Notes: generated from the sequence alone by a model not told the origin. Counted from the first letter of the stretch, positions 8,741-17,075 are shown. The stretch: DNA of 43,697 nt from an uncultured Methanomassiliicoccales archaeon (GCA_964594225.1 CAZQLP010000004.1:1-43697); one strand, 5' to 3'. Made by a program: numbers and translations.

Positions 8741-8932
8741 TCTCCCCCTTCATCTCCCTCTTTCGGAGAGTATAGTTCGATGGACCAATCAATTCAATCA
8801 TTCGCGAAGGTCAATCTTGATCGAATCTATTCAAGCTTATGGCTCTCCCCCGAACTCGCAGGGGGGACCTCCCGCTCGAATAAGTTAAATATTCCTCAGT
8901 CCTCCATAGGGTTCGGTCAGAGATGATTCAGC

Positions 8933-9940
8933 ATGACATCCATCATCGAGGTCCAGGATCTTGTCAAGGTCTTCGATAACACAGTCAAAGCGGTGGACGA
9001 TGTCTCGTTCCAGGTAAGCGAGGGGGAGATATTCGGCTTCCTCGGTCCCAACGGGGCGGGAAAGACCACCACCATCTCCATGCTCACCACCCTGATCCGC
9101 CCCACCTCGGGCACGGCGAGGGTGTGCGGGTACGACATCGTGAAGCAGGCGTGCGATGTCCGGGGGTCCATAGGTCTCGTTCCACAGGACCTCACCGTCG
9201 ACGATGACCTGACCGGCAGGGAGAACATGCTTCTTCAGGGCGACCTGTACAAGGTGCCGAAGGAGGAGCTGGTCAACAGGGTCGACGGACTTCTTGAGCT
9301 CATCGGTCTCACCGACGCCGCGAACCGCATGGTCAAGACGTACTCTGGGGGAATGAGGAAGAGGCTGGAGCTGGCGGAGGGGCTTGTCCACCATCCCAGG
9401 GTCCTTTTCCTGGACGAGCCCACCCTGGGACTCGATGTCCAGACCAGGGCGGCCATGTGGGAGCACATCCAGAACCTGAAGGCCAAGCACAACACCACCA
9501 TCTTCCTCACGACACACTACCTTGAGGAGGCGGACGCCCTCTGCGACCGCATCGGCATCATCGATCACGGCAAGATCGTCGCCCTGGATTCCCCGAGGAC
9601 GCTGAAGGCGGGTCTGGGGGGAGACGTGATCGAGATAGTCATCGAGGAGTCGGCCGATTACTCGGAGTCGATGTCCGCCGTGAAGGGGGTCATCGATGTC
9701 AAGTTCGCCGACGGTATGTACAGGATCAAGGCCAATAACGGCGATGAGATCGCCCCCAGCGTCCTGAGATCCCTCTGGGATTCCGGTGCCACGGTGAAGT
9801 CGGTCAACATCAGCCGTCCCAACCTCGACCAGGTGTTCATGGAGTACACCGGCCGATCGCTGAGGGACGCCATGCAAACCTCCACCCAGGACCGCGGCCA
9901 GAGGATGGCGAGCGCCATGCAAGCCAGGAGGAGGCGCTAG
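8933..9940 (+). CDS. ABC transporter ATP-binding protein (ABC-2 / DrrA-like exporter family)
   Basis: Walker A GPNGAGKTT, signature YSGGMRKRL, Walker B VLFLDEPT. It has a C-terminal extension typical of DrrA-like ATPases. Confidence 0.9.
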   Translation: MTSIIEVQDLVKVFDNTVKAVDDVSFQVSEGEIFGFLGPNGAGKTTTISMLTTLIRPTSGTARVCGYDIVKQACDVRGSIGLVPQDLTVDDDLTGRENMLLQGDLYKVPKEELVNRVDGLLELIGLTDAANRMVKTYSGGMRKRLELAEGLVHHPRVLFLDEPTLGLDVQTRAAMWEHIQNLKAKHNTTIFLTTHYLEEADALCDRIGIIDHGKIVALDSPRTLKAGLGGDVIEIVIEESADYSESMSAVKGVIDVKFADGMYRIKANNGDEIAPSVLRSLWDSGATVKSVNISRPNLDQVFMEYTGRSLRDAMQTSTQDRGQRMASAMQARRRR

Positions 9941-9941
9941 G

Positions 9942-10772
9942 ATGATAAGGGAAATCGTCGCCCTCACCGTAAGGGAGCTGAAGCACTGGTACCGGGTCAA
10001 GGTCCAGGTGCTCATGACCATGTTCATGCCCCTCGTCTGGCTTGGGTTGTTCGGCCAGGCCTTTCGGTTGGATGAGATGGCAATGGGTCCAGGGATGCCC
10101 CCGGAGATGGTCCAGGATTTCTTCGCCGGGGCGCCTAACTACTTCTCGTTCATGGCCATTGGGATGCTGTGCGTGATGGTGCTGTTCACCTGCATGTTCA
10201 GCGGCATGTCGCTGGTGTGGGATCGCAGGTTCGGCTTCCTGACCAAGCTCCAGGTAGCCCCAATACAGAGAGGGGTCATACCAGTCTCCAGGATACTGTC
10301 ATCGGTGGTCAGGGCGCTCATTCAGTCCCTGGTGATCTTCGGCATAGCGATAGCTTTCGTCTACATCCCCGGTCTGACCGGTCTGGAGCTGGGTTTGGGA
10401 TTCGGGGTGTTGGATATGCTGCTGATAGTAGTCATACTCGGCCTGTTGGCCACAGGGTTCGCCGCCATATTCGTCACCATCGCGCTCTCCATAGAAAACC
10501 AGGAGACCCTGATCGGGGTGATCAACCTGCTGAACCTCCCCATCATGTTCGCCTCCGCCGCCCTCTTCCCCACGATACTCATGCCCGACTGGCTGAAAGC
10601 TGTTGCGAACATGAACCCCATAAGCTGGGCCGCGGACGGCATAAGACAGCTGGTGTTCGAGCATCCCCAGCCCATCTATGACCTTCCCGTTGAGATACTG
10701 GGCCTGGTGATATTCGCCGCACTGTTCCTGGTCATCGGGTGGTTCATGGCGCGCAGGGTGCTTAACAGGTGA
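9942..10772 (+). CDS. ABC-2 type transporter permease
   Basis: 276 aa with about 6 predicted hydrophobic helices. Its start lies 1 nt after the ATPase stop. Confidence 0.85.
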   Translation: MIREIVALTVRELKHWYRVKVQVLMTMFMPLVWLGLFGQAFRLDEMAMGPGMPPEMVQDFFAGAPNYFSFMAIGMLCVMVLFTCMFSGMSLVWDRRFGFLTKLQVAPIQRGVIPVSRILSSVVRALIQSLVIFGIAIAFVYIPGLTGLELGLGFGVLDMLLIVVILGLLATGFAAIFVTIALSIENQETLIGVINLLNLPIMFASAALFPTILMPDWLKAVANMNPISWAADGIRQLVFEHPQPIYDLPVEILGLVIFAALFLVIGWFMARRVLNR

Positions 10773-10773
10773 T

Positions 10774-11568
10774 TCAGCTCTCCTCGAGGGCGTGCTTGAT
10801 GGAGGAGATTGCCTCCACCACATCATCCGTGCCTTCCAGATCCATTGGCGATATCCCCAGAAGATCGGCCTCCACCAGTTGCGGATTGAACGGTATGGTG
10901 GCCATCACCGGGATTCCTTGATCCTCCAGGATGATCCTCACCTTCTCCGCCGCCTCCTGGGAGTACACCTTGTTGATCACCGCCACCACCCTGTCGATGC
11001 CGATCTCCGCCGCGAGGTCCTTGATCATCAGGGCGATGTCCACAGACCTCATCCCGGTCTCCACAACGACAATCATGACATCCATGTGCCTGGAACTGCC
11101 TCTTCCCAGGTGCTCAAGGCCGGCCTCCATGTCCATGATCAGGTACTGGTCTTCCTCCAGAACAAGGTGCTTCAACAGGCTCTTCAGGAGGGCGCTCTCC
11201 GGGCAGAAGCATCCCTCTCCCCCGGTCTTGATCGTGCCCAGCACGAGTAGCCTGACCCCGTCCTTCCCCTCGACGGCGAACCGCTCCGCCAAATCGTCCA
11301 CCTTAGGGTTCATCTTGAAGATGCCGCCGTAACCTCCACCCGGTCGCACACCGGTCCTCTCCTCGATCATGTCCAGCATCCTGGAGAGCGGGATCATTCG
11401 AAGGCTCACCTCCCTCTCCACACCCACCGCGCTGGCGAGGTTCGACGCCGGGTCAGCGTCAAGCACCAAGATGTCCCTACCATCCATCCCGAATAGCCTG
11501 GCCAATATGCCGGCGACGGTGGTCTTGCCCACTCCACCCTTTCCGGAAACGGCGATCTTGAGTGACAT
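10774..11568 (-). CDS. cooC: CooC-type nickel-insertion ATPase (second paralog, full length)
   Basis: 264 aa. It has the deviant Walker A GKGGVGKT and the CooC metal motif GEGCFCPE. Its start directly abuts the cooT stop (TAGATG). Confidence 0.85.
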   Translation of the reverse strand: MSLKIAVSGKGGVGKTTVAGILARLFGMDGRDILVLDADPASNLASAVGVEREVSLRMIPLSRMLDMIEERTGVRPGGGYGGIFKMNPKVDDLAERFAVEGKDGVRLLVLGTIKTGGEGCFCPESALLKSLLKHLVLEEDQYLIMDMEAGLEHLGRGSSRHMDVMIVVVETGMRSVDIALMIKDLAAEIGIDRVVAVINKVYSQEAAEKVRIILEDQGIPVMATIPFNPQLVEADLLGISPMDLEGTDDVVEAISSIKHALEES

Positions 11569-11760
11569 CTATACCTGCTCGAAAACGAGGCCGTGACTGA
11601 GGAGGTTCGCCTCCTTGAACCTGACATTCTCCAGAACGACCTGCTCGCCTACGATGTTGGTGAGCGTCACCGTCGTGCCCTCCATGACGATCCTGGTAAC
11701 ATCCTCCATGACCTCTTGCATATCCTCTCCCTCGCTGAGGAAGACCGTGGATTCGCACAT
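11569..11760 (-). CDS. cooT: CooT-family nickel-binding chaperone
   Basis: 63 aa beginning MCE (Cys2 is the Ni ligand in CooT). The pattern MCExxVFL..G..E.VMEDV..I..EG..V.L.NI.GE matches the CooT family as I recall it. It lies immediately upstream of cooC. Confidence 0.75.
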   Translation of the reverse strand: MCESTVFLSEGEDMQEVMEDVTRIVMEGTTVTLTNIVGEQVVLENVRFKEANLLSHGLVFEQV

Positions 11761-11829
11761 GCTGATTAGATTCCGTGGGTCATATATAACATCTGGGATT
11801 GGCGTTCAGGTGCTGGGGTACCAAAGGCC

Positions 11830-12267
11830 TCAATGGTCTATGGGATCTGACTTGTCATACTCCACGATCTTCGTGTACCCGTCCCCGTAGAACACGTAGC
11901 GGATCGGCATCCTCCTCTTAAGTCCGGTCCAATATGGGCACTTCGTGCACTTGTATCCCAGGGTGACCGTGCCCCCGAATACGGTCTCATTCCTTATCCT
12001 GTTCATCTTGGATCCGCAGACAGGACAACGGGTATACCTGCTCCTCTCCTCTCCCTCCCTGCAGTGGATCTCGATCTTGGCGGACCCGCTGTCTATGGCC
12101 ACCTTCCTTATCCTCTCCTCGCTGGCGGTGTAGTCCTCGTCGATCCCCTTGAGCTCCCTGAGGACCAGTTCGGTGAGCTTCCGCTGGGAACCCACCGTAG
12201 GACGCCTTCGGAGAACATCCCTTATGGCCTCGGCCAGCACCTCTGAGGTCGGGATTCGGTAGCTCAT
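11830..12267 (-). CDS. Hypothetical zinc-ribbon protein
   Basis: 145 aa with a helical N-terminus, then CPVCGS...CTKCPY (4-Cys ribbon). It is co-oriented 69 nt upstream of cooT. I do not recognise the family. Confidence 0.6.
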   Translation of the reverse strand: MSYRIPTSEVLAEAIRDVLRRRPTVGSQRKLTELVLRELKGIDEDYTASEERIRKVAIDSGSAKIEIHCREGEERSRYTRCPVCGSKMNRIRNETVFGGTVTLGYKCTKCPYWTGLKRRMPIRYVFYGDGYTKIVEYDKSDPIDH

Positions 12268-12533
12268 TCCCCCCGGAATAGTCTTTGGAGTAAAGATAAG
12301 TTACTCCTCGTCCGCAGATTGTCCGCAGATTGTAAACGGTGCGAACAGCCTTGAAAGTGCATCAATATCGAATCGGGATTTCGGGGAGAACCGCTAGAGG
12401 AATCACCTTGATACGGACAACGTTCATCGATGATCAGCCAGCCTTTCTGGAACTCTGCTGCATATTCCTCTCCCGTCACGGATGGTTCGTAGACCCACAC
12501 CTCGACCTGCGAGACCTTGGAGGTCAACGGCAT
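12264..12533 (-). CDS. Hypothetical small protein whose 3' end is altered by an 11-bp tandem duplication
   Basis: 89-aa ORF overlapping the next gene by ATGA. The N-terminal half looks protein-like (VEVWVYEPSVTGEEYAAEFQKGWLIIDERC). The tail is frame-shifted by the duplication at 12311-12332. Confidence 0.35.
   Translation of the reverse strand: MPLTSKVSQVEVWVYEPSVTGEEYAAEFQKGWLIIDERCPYQGDSSSGSPRNPDSILMHFQGCSHRLQSADNLRTRSNLSLLQRLFRGE
12311..12332. repeat. Perfect 11-bp tandem duplication TCCGCAGATTG x2
   Basis: Read directly from the sequence. Confidence 0.95.
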
Positions 12534-12728
12534 GTCTATCTGTGAGTGCGGGGTTCCATCGATGGGTGCGAGGTTCGATGTTCAGATTCCGTCTGAGAGC
12601 TTCCGGCCCGAGTTGAACCGTCAATCGATGGATACTGGCGATCGTTGAGTCCCGAAATGCCGTCTGCGAAAACCTATAACCCCCCACGTCATCTATCTTC
12701 CCATCACGATCGCTGAGGAGAGTGTGTC

Positions 12729-14063
12729 ATGTCCAGGACCAAGGTCATCATAATGGGTGCTGCCGGAAGGGACTTCCACAACTTCAACACCTACTTCAGG
12801 GATAATGAGGAGTACGAGGTGGTGGCCTTCACCGCCACCCAGATCCCGAACATAGAGAGGAGGAACTACCCTTCTGAGCTGGCCGGGAGCCTCTACCCCA
12901 AGGGCATACCCATCTTCCCCGAGGAGTACATTCCGGAACTCATCAGGAAGCACGGGGTGGAGCAGGTATTGTTCGCCTACAGCGATATCTCACACCTGGA
13001 GTTGATGCACAAGGCCTCATGGGTCCTCAGCGAAGAGGCTGACTTCAGGTTGATGGGCAACCCCCGCATCGTTCTCAGATCATGCGTCCCGGTAATCAGC
13101 GTCTGTGCTGTTCGCACCGGTAGCGGGAAGAGTCAGACCACAAGGAAGATATGCACCCTTCTCCGGGATAGAGGGTTGAGAGTGGTGGCCGTTCGACATC
13201 CAATGCCCTACGGGGACCTGGTCAAGCAGGCGGTCCAGCGGTTTGCCAGCTACGATGACCTGGACTACCATGAGTGCACCATCGAGGAGCGGGAGGAGTA
13301 CGAGCCCCTCATCGATATCGGGATCATCGTCTACGCCGGTGTGGATTACGAGGTGATCCTCAGGAAGGCCGAGGAAGAGGCCGATGTGATCATCTGGGAT
13401 GGTGGCAACAACGACATCCCCTTCTACCGGTCGGACCTTCATATAGTGGTCGCTGATCCGCACAGACCTGGACACGAGGTCAGCTACCATCCGGGGGAGA
13501 CCAACCTGCGGATGGCGGACGTGGTGATCATAAACAAGATACAGACCGCCGATCGGCAGGATATCCTGAAAGTGCGGAATAACATCGAGAGGCTCAATCC
13601 CTCCGCCACGATCATCGAGGCCGCCTCCACTATCTGCGTGGACGAGCCGGAGATGATCAGGGGGAAGAGGGTGCTGGTGGTGGAGGATGGTCCCACCGTG
13701 ACCCACGGGGGGATGAGGTACGGCGCTGGAACCTTCGCCGCCGAGGACTTCGGCGCGGCGGAGATAATCGATCCAAGGGAGCACGCCGTCGGCACCATAC
13801 AGGAGGCCTTCCTCAAATACTCACACCTGGAGAAGGTGCTTCCGGCCATTGGATACGGGATGAAGCAGGTGAAGGACCTGGAGGAGACCATCAACAGGGC
13901 CGACTGCGACGTTGTCGTCTCCGGCACCCCCGTGGACCTCAGGAGGGTCATCAACGTGGACAGGCCCATAGTGAGAGTGAGCTACGAGCTAAGCGAGATC
14001 GGTCACCCAGACCTGAAGGATGTCCTGCAATCCCTTATAGACGATCTGCTTCCCGGGGATTAG
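12729..14063 (+). CDS. COG2403-type P-loop NTPase (distant relative of cyclic 2,3-diphosphoglycerate synthetase)
   Basis: 444 aa with a P-loop RTGSGKSQ in mid-protein. The overall architecture resembles archaeal 'predicted GTPase'/cDPG-synthetase-like proteins. The exact function is not assignable. Confidence 0.6.
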   Translation: MSRTKVIIMGAAGRDFHNFNTYFRDNEEYEVVAFTATQIPNIERRNYPSELAGSLYPKGIPIFPEEYIPELIRKHGVEQVLFAYSDISHLELMHKASWVLSEEADFRLMGNPRIVLRSCVPVISVCAVRTGSGKSQTTRKICTLLRDRGLRVVAVRHPMPYGDLVKQAVQRFASYDDLDYHECTIEEREEYEPLIDIGIIVYAGVDYEVILRKAEEEADVIIWDGGNNDIPFYRSDLHIVVADPHRPGHEVSYHPGETNLRMADVVIINKIQTADRQDILKVRNNIERLNPSATIIEAASTICVDEPEMIRGKRVLVVEDGPTVTHGGMRYGAGTFAAEDFGAAEIIDPREHAVGTIQEAFLKYSHLEKVLPAIGYGMKQVKDLEETINRADCDVVVSGTPVDLRRVINVDRPIVRVSYELSEIGHPDLKDVLQSLIDDLLPGD

Positions 14064-14121
14064 CAGATCCTCTTTCGACGGCAAAAAGGTGAAATATGCC
14101 CCTTTCAATCATTCCGTACCT

Positions 14122-14231
14122 GCGGGGGTAGCCAAGCATGGTCAACGGCGCAGGACTTAAGTGCCGCCAATCGTGGCTGGGACATCCTGTCTCATAGGAG
14201 TCCGTGGGTTCGAATCCCTCCCCCCGCACCA
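14122..14231 (+). tRNA. tRNA-Leu(UAA) with a ~22-nt intron at position 37/38; CCA encoded
   Basis: Acceptor GCGGGGG/CCCCCGC. Anticodon stem CAGGA/TCCTG, with loop CTTAAG[intron]A. It has a long variable arm, a GGTTCGAATCC T-box and an A-CCA end. The T-stem pairs imperfectly (GTGGG vs CCCT, apparently one C short). Confidence 0.8.
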
Positions 14232-14492
14232 TCATTCATCGTCATATTTGCGGAGCACATTGTCCCCTTTTGACGGGATAATTGAGAGAAGTTTAGCAGA
14301 TTCAGGAATATCCAGTCTGTCCACGAATCGATATTGAGACTTCCATTGGATTCCTGAATGATGCAATATTTTAAATATGAGGAAAGCTTGGTCGTCGCTG
14401 AATAGGATATCATTGGCGTCCTGTCCCGTTTCGGGAAGAGGAAGTTAGCTAGAGAGATTCTATCGAAATAACCGAAACGGAGGTGAAATAGG

Positions 14493-14648
14493 ATGTACAA
14501 CGACAGGCCACCTAGAGAGATGCATAAGGCAATTTGCGCTGACTGCGGAAAGGAATGTGAGGTCCCCTTCAAGCCAACCGAAGGTCGACCAGTATACTGC
14601 CGCGAGTGCTACCAGAAGCACAGGCCGCCCCGAAGGAACAGGTACTGA
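14493..14648 (+). CDS. Small CxxC-x17-CxxC zinc-ribbon protein (51 aa; not in the ORF track)
   Basis: MYNDRPPREMHKAICADCGKECEVPFKPTEGRPVYCRECYQKHRPPRRNRY. GGAGGTGA lies 7 nt upstream of the ATG. The Cys spacing is exactly CxxC-17-CxxC. Confidence 0.75.
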   Translation: MYNDRPPREMHKAICADCGKECEVPFKPTEGRPVYCRECYQKHRPPRRNRY

Positions 14649-14910
14649 ATTGCCTGTAACCCAACTGTGGCTTAAATCTCTTAAGATTCTCTTTTCATCA
14701 TTTCTCCCTCACTCGTAGGGAGGTTCACTTTTCCCACAGGTTCGCTGCCTTGGATTCTCAGTGCCGTGATCGATGCGTCCCATCTTGAGTTCTTCCAGCA
14801 CCGTCCTGAGTGATATGTAGGTCTCGGCTCCTCCTAAGGCACCCCTGAGAGTAGCGACCTTCACCAATCGGGCCATTGATGTTCCGTGTACTGGATGGGC
14901 CCCTCCAATT

Positions 14911-15741
14911 TCATGACCTGAACAGGTTCCAGTCTGCCCTCTCCAGCTTATCCGCTTCAAGGAACTGGACTATCTGCTCGTTCACCATGTCCCCTTTCTC
15001 CATGGGAAGCATGTGGGTACTTCCAGGCAGTATCGATAGGAATCCATGGGGGAGTCCCTTGTAGAAGTTGACCGTATGTTCTAGGGATACGATGTCATTG
15101 TCACCTGACATCACCAAGGTGGGGGTAACGATTGAACCCAGATCCCTCTTGGTGAATCGGGGGTGGCTGGAGGACATGCCTTTGATCTTCTCGAATACCA
15201 CTGGAAAGTGCTCGGGACCATCGGGCGAGGTCCATCCGTACACCTGAGAAACTACAGGATCGAGTGACTCCGGTGATGATTCCTCGAAACTTCTGGCGAA
15301 CTCCCTGGTGTATCCTCTTAAGTGATAGCTACCGCCTATGCTGACGTATCTCCTCACAATCTCAGTGTGGTTCCTGGCCATGAGCAGGCCTATGACGGCA
15401 CCGTCGCTCCAGCCCGCGATGTCCACATGGTCATGGCCAAGGGCATTCAGGACCGCCACCATGTCCTCCGCGCCCTGTCTGTAGGTGAATCTGCCTGGCG
15501 TGTCGGGTGTCCTACCGTGTCCCCGTCTCTCCACCAGGATTACCTTGAACCTCTCCGAGAGAGGGCCTACCTGGAACATCAGGGATTCAATGGTGGCCCA
15601 TGCACCGTGCATGAGCAGTAGTGGTCGTCCGTCCCCATGTACCTCGTGGTAGAACTTGGCGTTGTTGACCTCTATGAATCCTCCCGAGCGGCCCAGCGAG
15701 GTGCCGTCGGGGAGCCTCATCAGCTTCTCGTAGTAATCCAT
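14911..15741 (-). CDS. Alpha/beta-fold hydrolase
   Basis: Trimmed to the ATG at 15741 (MDYYEKLMRLPDG...). It has an HG oxyanion motif (LLLMHGAW), a GWSDG nucleophile elbow and a C-terminal GSTHM. The upstream 127 aa of the track ORF are low-complexity and overlap the divergent gene. Confidence 0.85.
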   Translation of the reverse strand: MDYYEKLMRLPDGTSLGRSGGFIEVNNAKFYHEVHGDGRPLLLMHGAWATIESLMFQVGPLSERFKVILVERRGHGRTPDTPGRFTYRQGAEDMVAVLNALGHDHVDIAGWSDGAVIGLLMARNHTEIVRRYVSIGGSYHLRGYTREFARSFEESSPESLDPVVSQVYGWTSPDGPEHFPVVFEKIKGMSSSHPRFTKRDLGSIVTPTLVMSGDNDIVSLEHTVNFYKGLPHGFLSILPGSTHMLPMEKGDMVNEQIVQFLEADKLERADWNLFRS

Positions 15742-15862
15742 GATGATATTGGTTTCTAGGTCACTGTTTAGATATAAGGGATACCGCAAGATTATCACAG
15801 TGAGAAGCTTCCTGTGAGATGGGCTCGACACCTTTTTAGGACTCTTGACACTTCCACGGTCT

Positions 15863-16378
15863 ATGAACAGGGAACGGATCCCGAACAGGGCGAAACGGCT
15901 TGCCTTCGAGTATGAGAGGGACTGCAGGGGTTGCGCCCAGTGCTCCCTTGCAGCGCTCCAGGACGTCTTCGACATGAGGGAAGATGCGGTATTCCGCTCC
16001 GCGAGCGGGCTTGCGGGAGGAATCGGGCTCACCAACCTTGGGACCTGCGGCGCCCTCACCGGGGGCGCGATGGCCATTGGAATGCTCTTCGGAAGGGAGA
16101 GGGAGGGGTTCGTCGACCCCACGAGGAAGAGGACGGTCGCCTACCGCCTGTGCAAACAGCTTGCGGAGAGATTCGTCGAGGAGTACGGCTCGGTTCTGTG
16201 CAAGGAAATCCAGGAGGTTCACCTTGGCAGGGAGTACGATCTCTGGAAGGCGGAGGAGTACTCGGAGTTCAACGAGGTCGCCTATGTACAGGAGAGATGC
16301 CCCGGGCTCGTTGGGGAGGCCGCTAAATGGGCGGCGGAGATAATCATTGAGAACATGGACCGGCTGGAGGGCGAGTAG
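15863..16378 (+). CDS. C_GCAxxG_C_C family (putative redox-active) protein
   Basis: It has CAQCSLAAL, GGIGLTNLGTCGALTGG and LCKE motifs typical of the family. The ATG at 15863 is preferred over the track's TTG at 15845. Confidence 0.75.
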   Translation: MNRERIPNRAKRLAFEYERDCRGCAQCSLAALQDVFDMREDAVFRSASGLAGGIGLTNLGTCGALTGGAMAIGMLFGREREGFVDPTRKRTVAYRLCKQLAERFVEEYGSVLCKEIQEVHLGREYDLWKAEEYSEFNEVAYVQERCPGLVGEAAKWAAEIIIENMDRLEGE

Positions 16379-16672
16379 CCATCAATGCCGTCCACGTTCA
16401 CCGTGAGGTAGAGCGGGGGCAAGCTTCTCCAGGACAAGATGATCATTCCAGGGGTCGGATGGTTCGCCGGTCTAGGACAACGAGGGCATCCCCTTTGGTC
16501 TCTTAGAGGATGACGAGAACGCACGCTGATCCCCATCCAGCATGGAGGGTCCCGAGGGAGGGAACCTTCATGGCGCTCCCGGTGATCGACGACTTCCTCG
16601 TGAACCATGATAACGGAGCGGTGCTGGTCGGATTTGGAAAAGAAGGATCTGGAGGGGTTCTTGATGGAGCGA

Positions 16673-17026
16673 TTACAGTCTGATGTAAGCCCAGCCCTCG
16701 TTCTGTCTCTTAATGAGCTCGACCACACCTGAGTTCGTGAATGTGAACTGATCGAGAATATCTGTCTCGTTCATGCCGTACCAACTGAGCGACCTCCGGC
16801 ATGCCAGGAACGATATCCCCCTTCCTTTCAGGTCCCTCACCTTCTCCGCATGGCGTGAATCCCTCTGGAAAGCATTCAGGGCTTTCCCGATAATCACCAG
16901 GATAATCTCGATGTTCAGGACACCCAGTTCATCCACCACATTCTTGATGTTCGCCAATGTGAGCTTGATCCTCTCATCCAGATCCTCGTCCAGATGAAAG
17001 ACCACCCGATAACGCAACGCTTCCAT
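16673..17026 (-). CDS. DsrE/DsrF-like family protein
   Basis: 117 aa. VVFHLDED..., ...GISFLACRRSL..., ...GWAYIRL is the characteristic COG1416-like pattern. Confidence 0.7.
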   Translation of the reverse strand: MEALRYRVVFHLDEDLDERIKLTLANIKNVVDELGVLNIEIILVIIGKALNAFQRDSRHAEKVRDLKGRGISFLACRRSLSWYGMNETDILDQFTFTNSGVVELIKRQNEGWAYIRL

Positions 17027-17075
17027 GGGTCAAATCTATGGAATCCGGATTAGATATTGTTTTTCCAAAGGTACC

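Noticed and set aside
8885-10027. 380-aa minus-strand ORF
   Set aside because: It lies antisense to the ABC ATPase, which has complete Walker A/B and signature motifs. The sequence is shadow-ORF-like (Gly/Arg/Pro/Leu-rich).
13080-13784. 234-aa minus-strand ORF, and similar ORFs at 24331-24999, 10299-10826 and 35641-36183
   Set aside because: All are antisense or out-of-frame overlaps of well-supported genes (the COG2403 NTPase, the M50 protease, the ABC-2 permease and RpiA).
14355-14400. Possible box C/D sRNA (ATGATGC ... CTGA), with a similar candidate on the minus strand around 39195-39260
   Set aside because: The C box is imperfect. There is no recognisable D'/C' pair at the expected spacing and no terminal stem.
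15742-16122. N-terminal 127 aa of track ORF 14911-16122
   Set aside because: It is a Pro/Ser-rich extension overlapping the divergent C_GCAxxG_C_C gene. Hydrolase homology starts at the ATG at 15741. Similar over-extensions were trimmed at radA (27101-27271), the epimerase (41850-42089), HAM1 (42413-42622), rpl44e, nop10 and the second DsrE-like gene.
16379-16672. Gap between the C_GCAxxG_C_C gene and the DsrE-like gene, containing a 148-aa minus ORF and a ~38-aa plus ORF (MALPVIDDFLVNHDNGAVLVGFGKEGSGGVLDGAITV)
   Set aside because: The minus ORF is Arg/Pro/Ser-rich and overlaps the neighbouring gene. The plus ORF has no SD and no recognisable motif. It is left unannotated.
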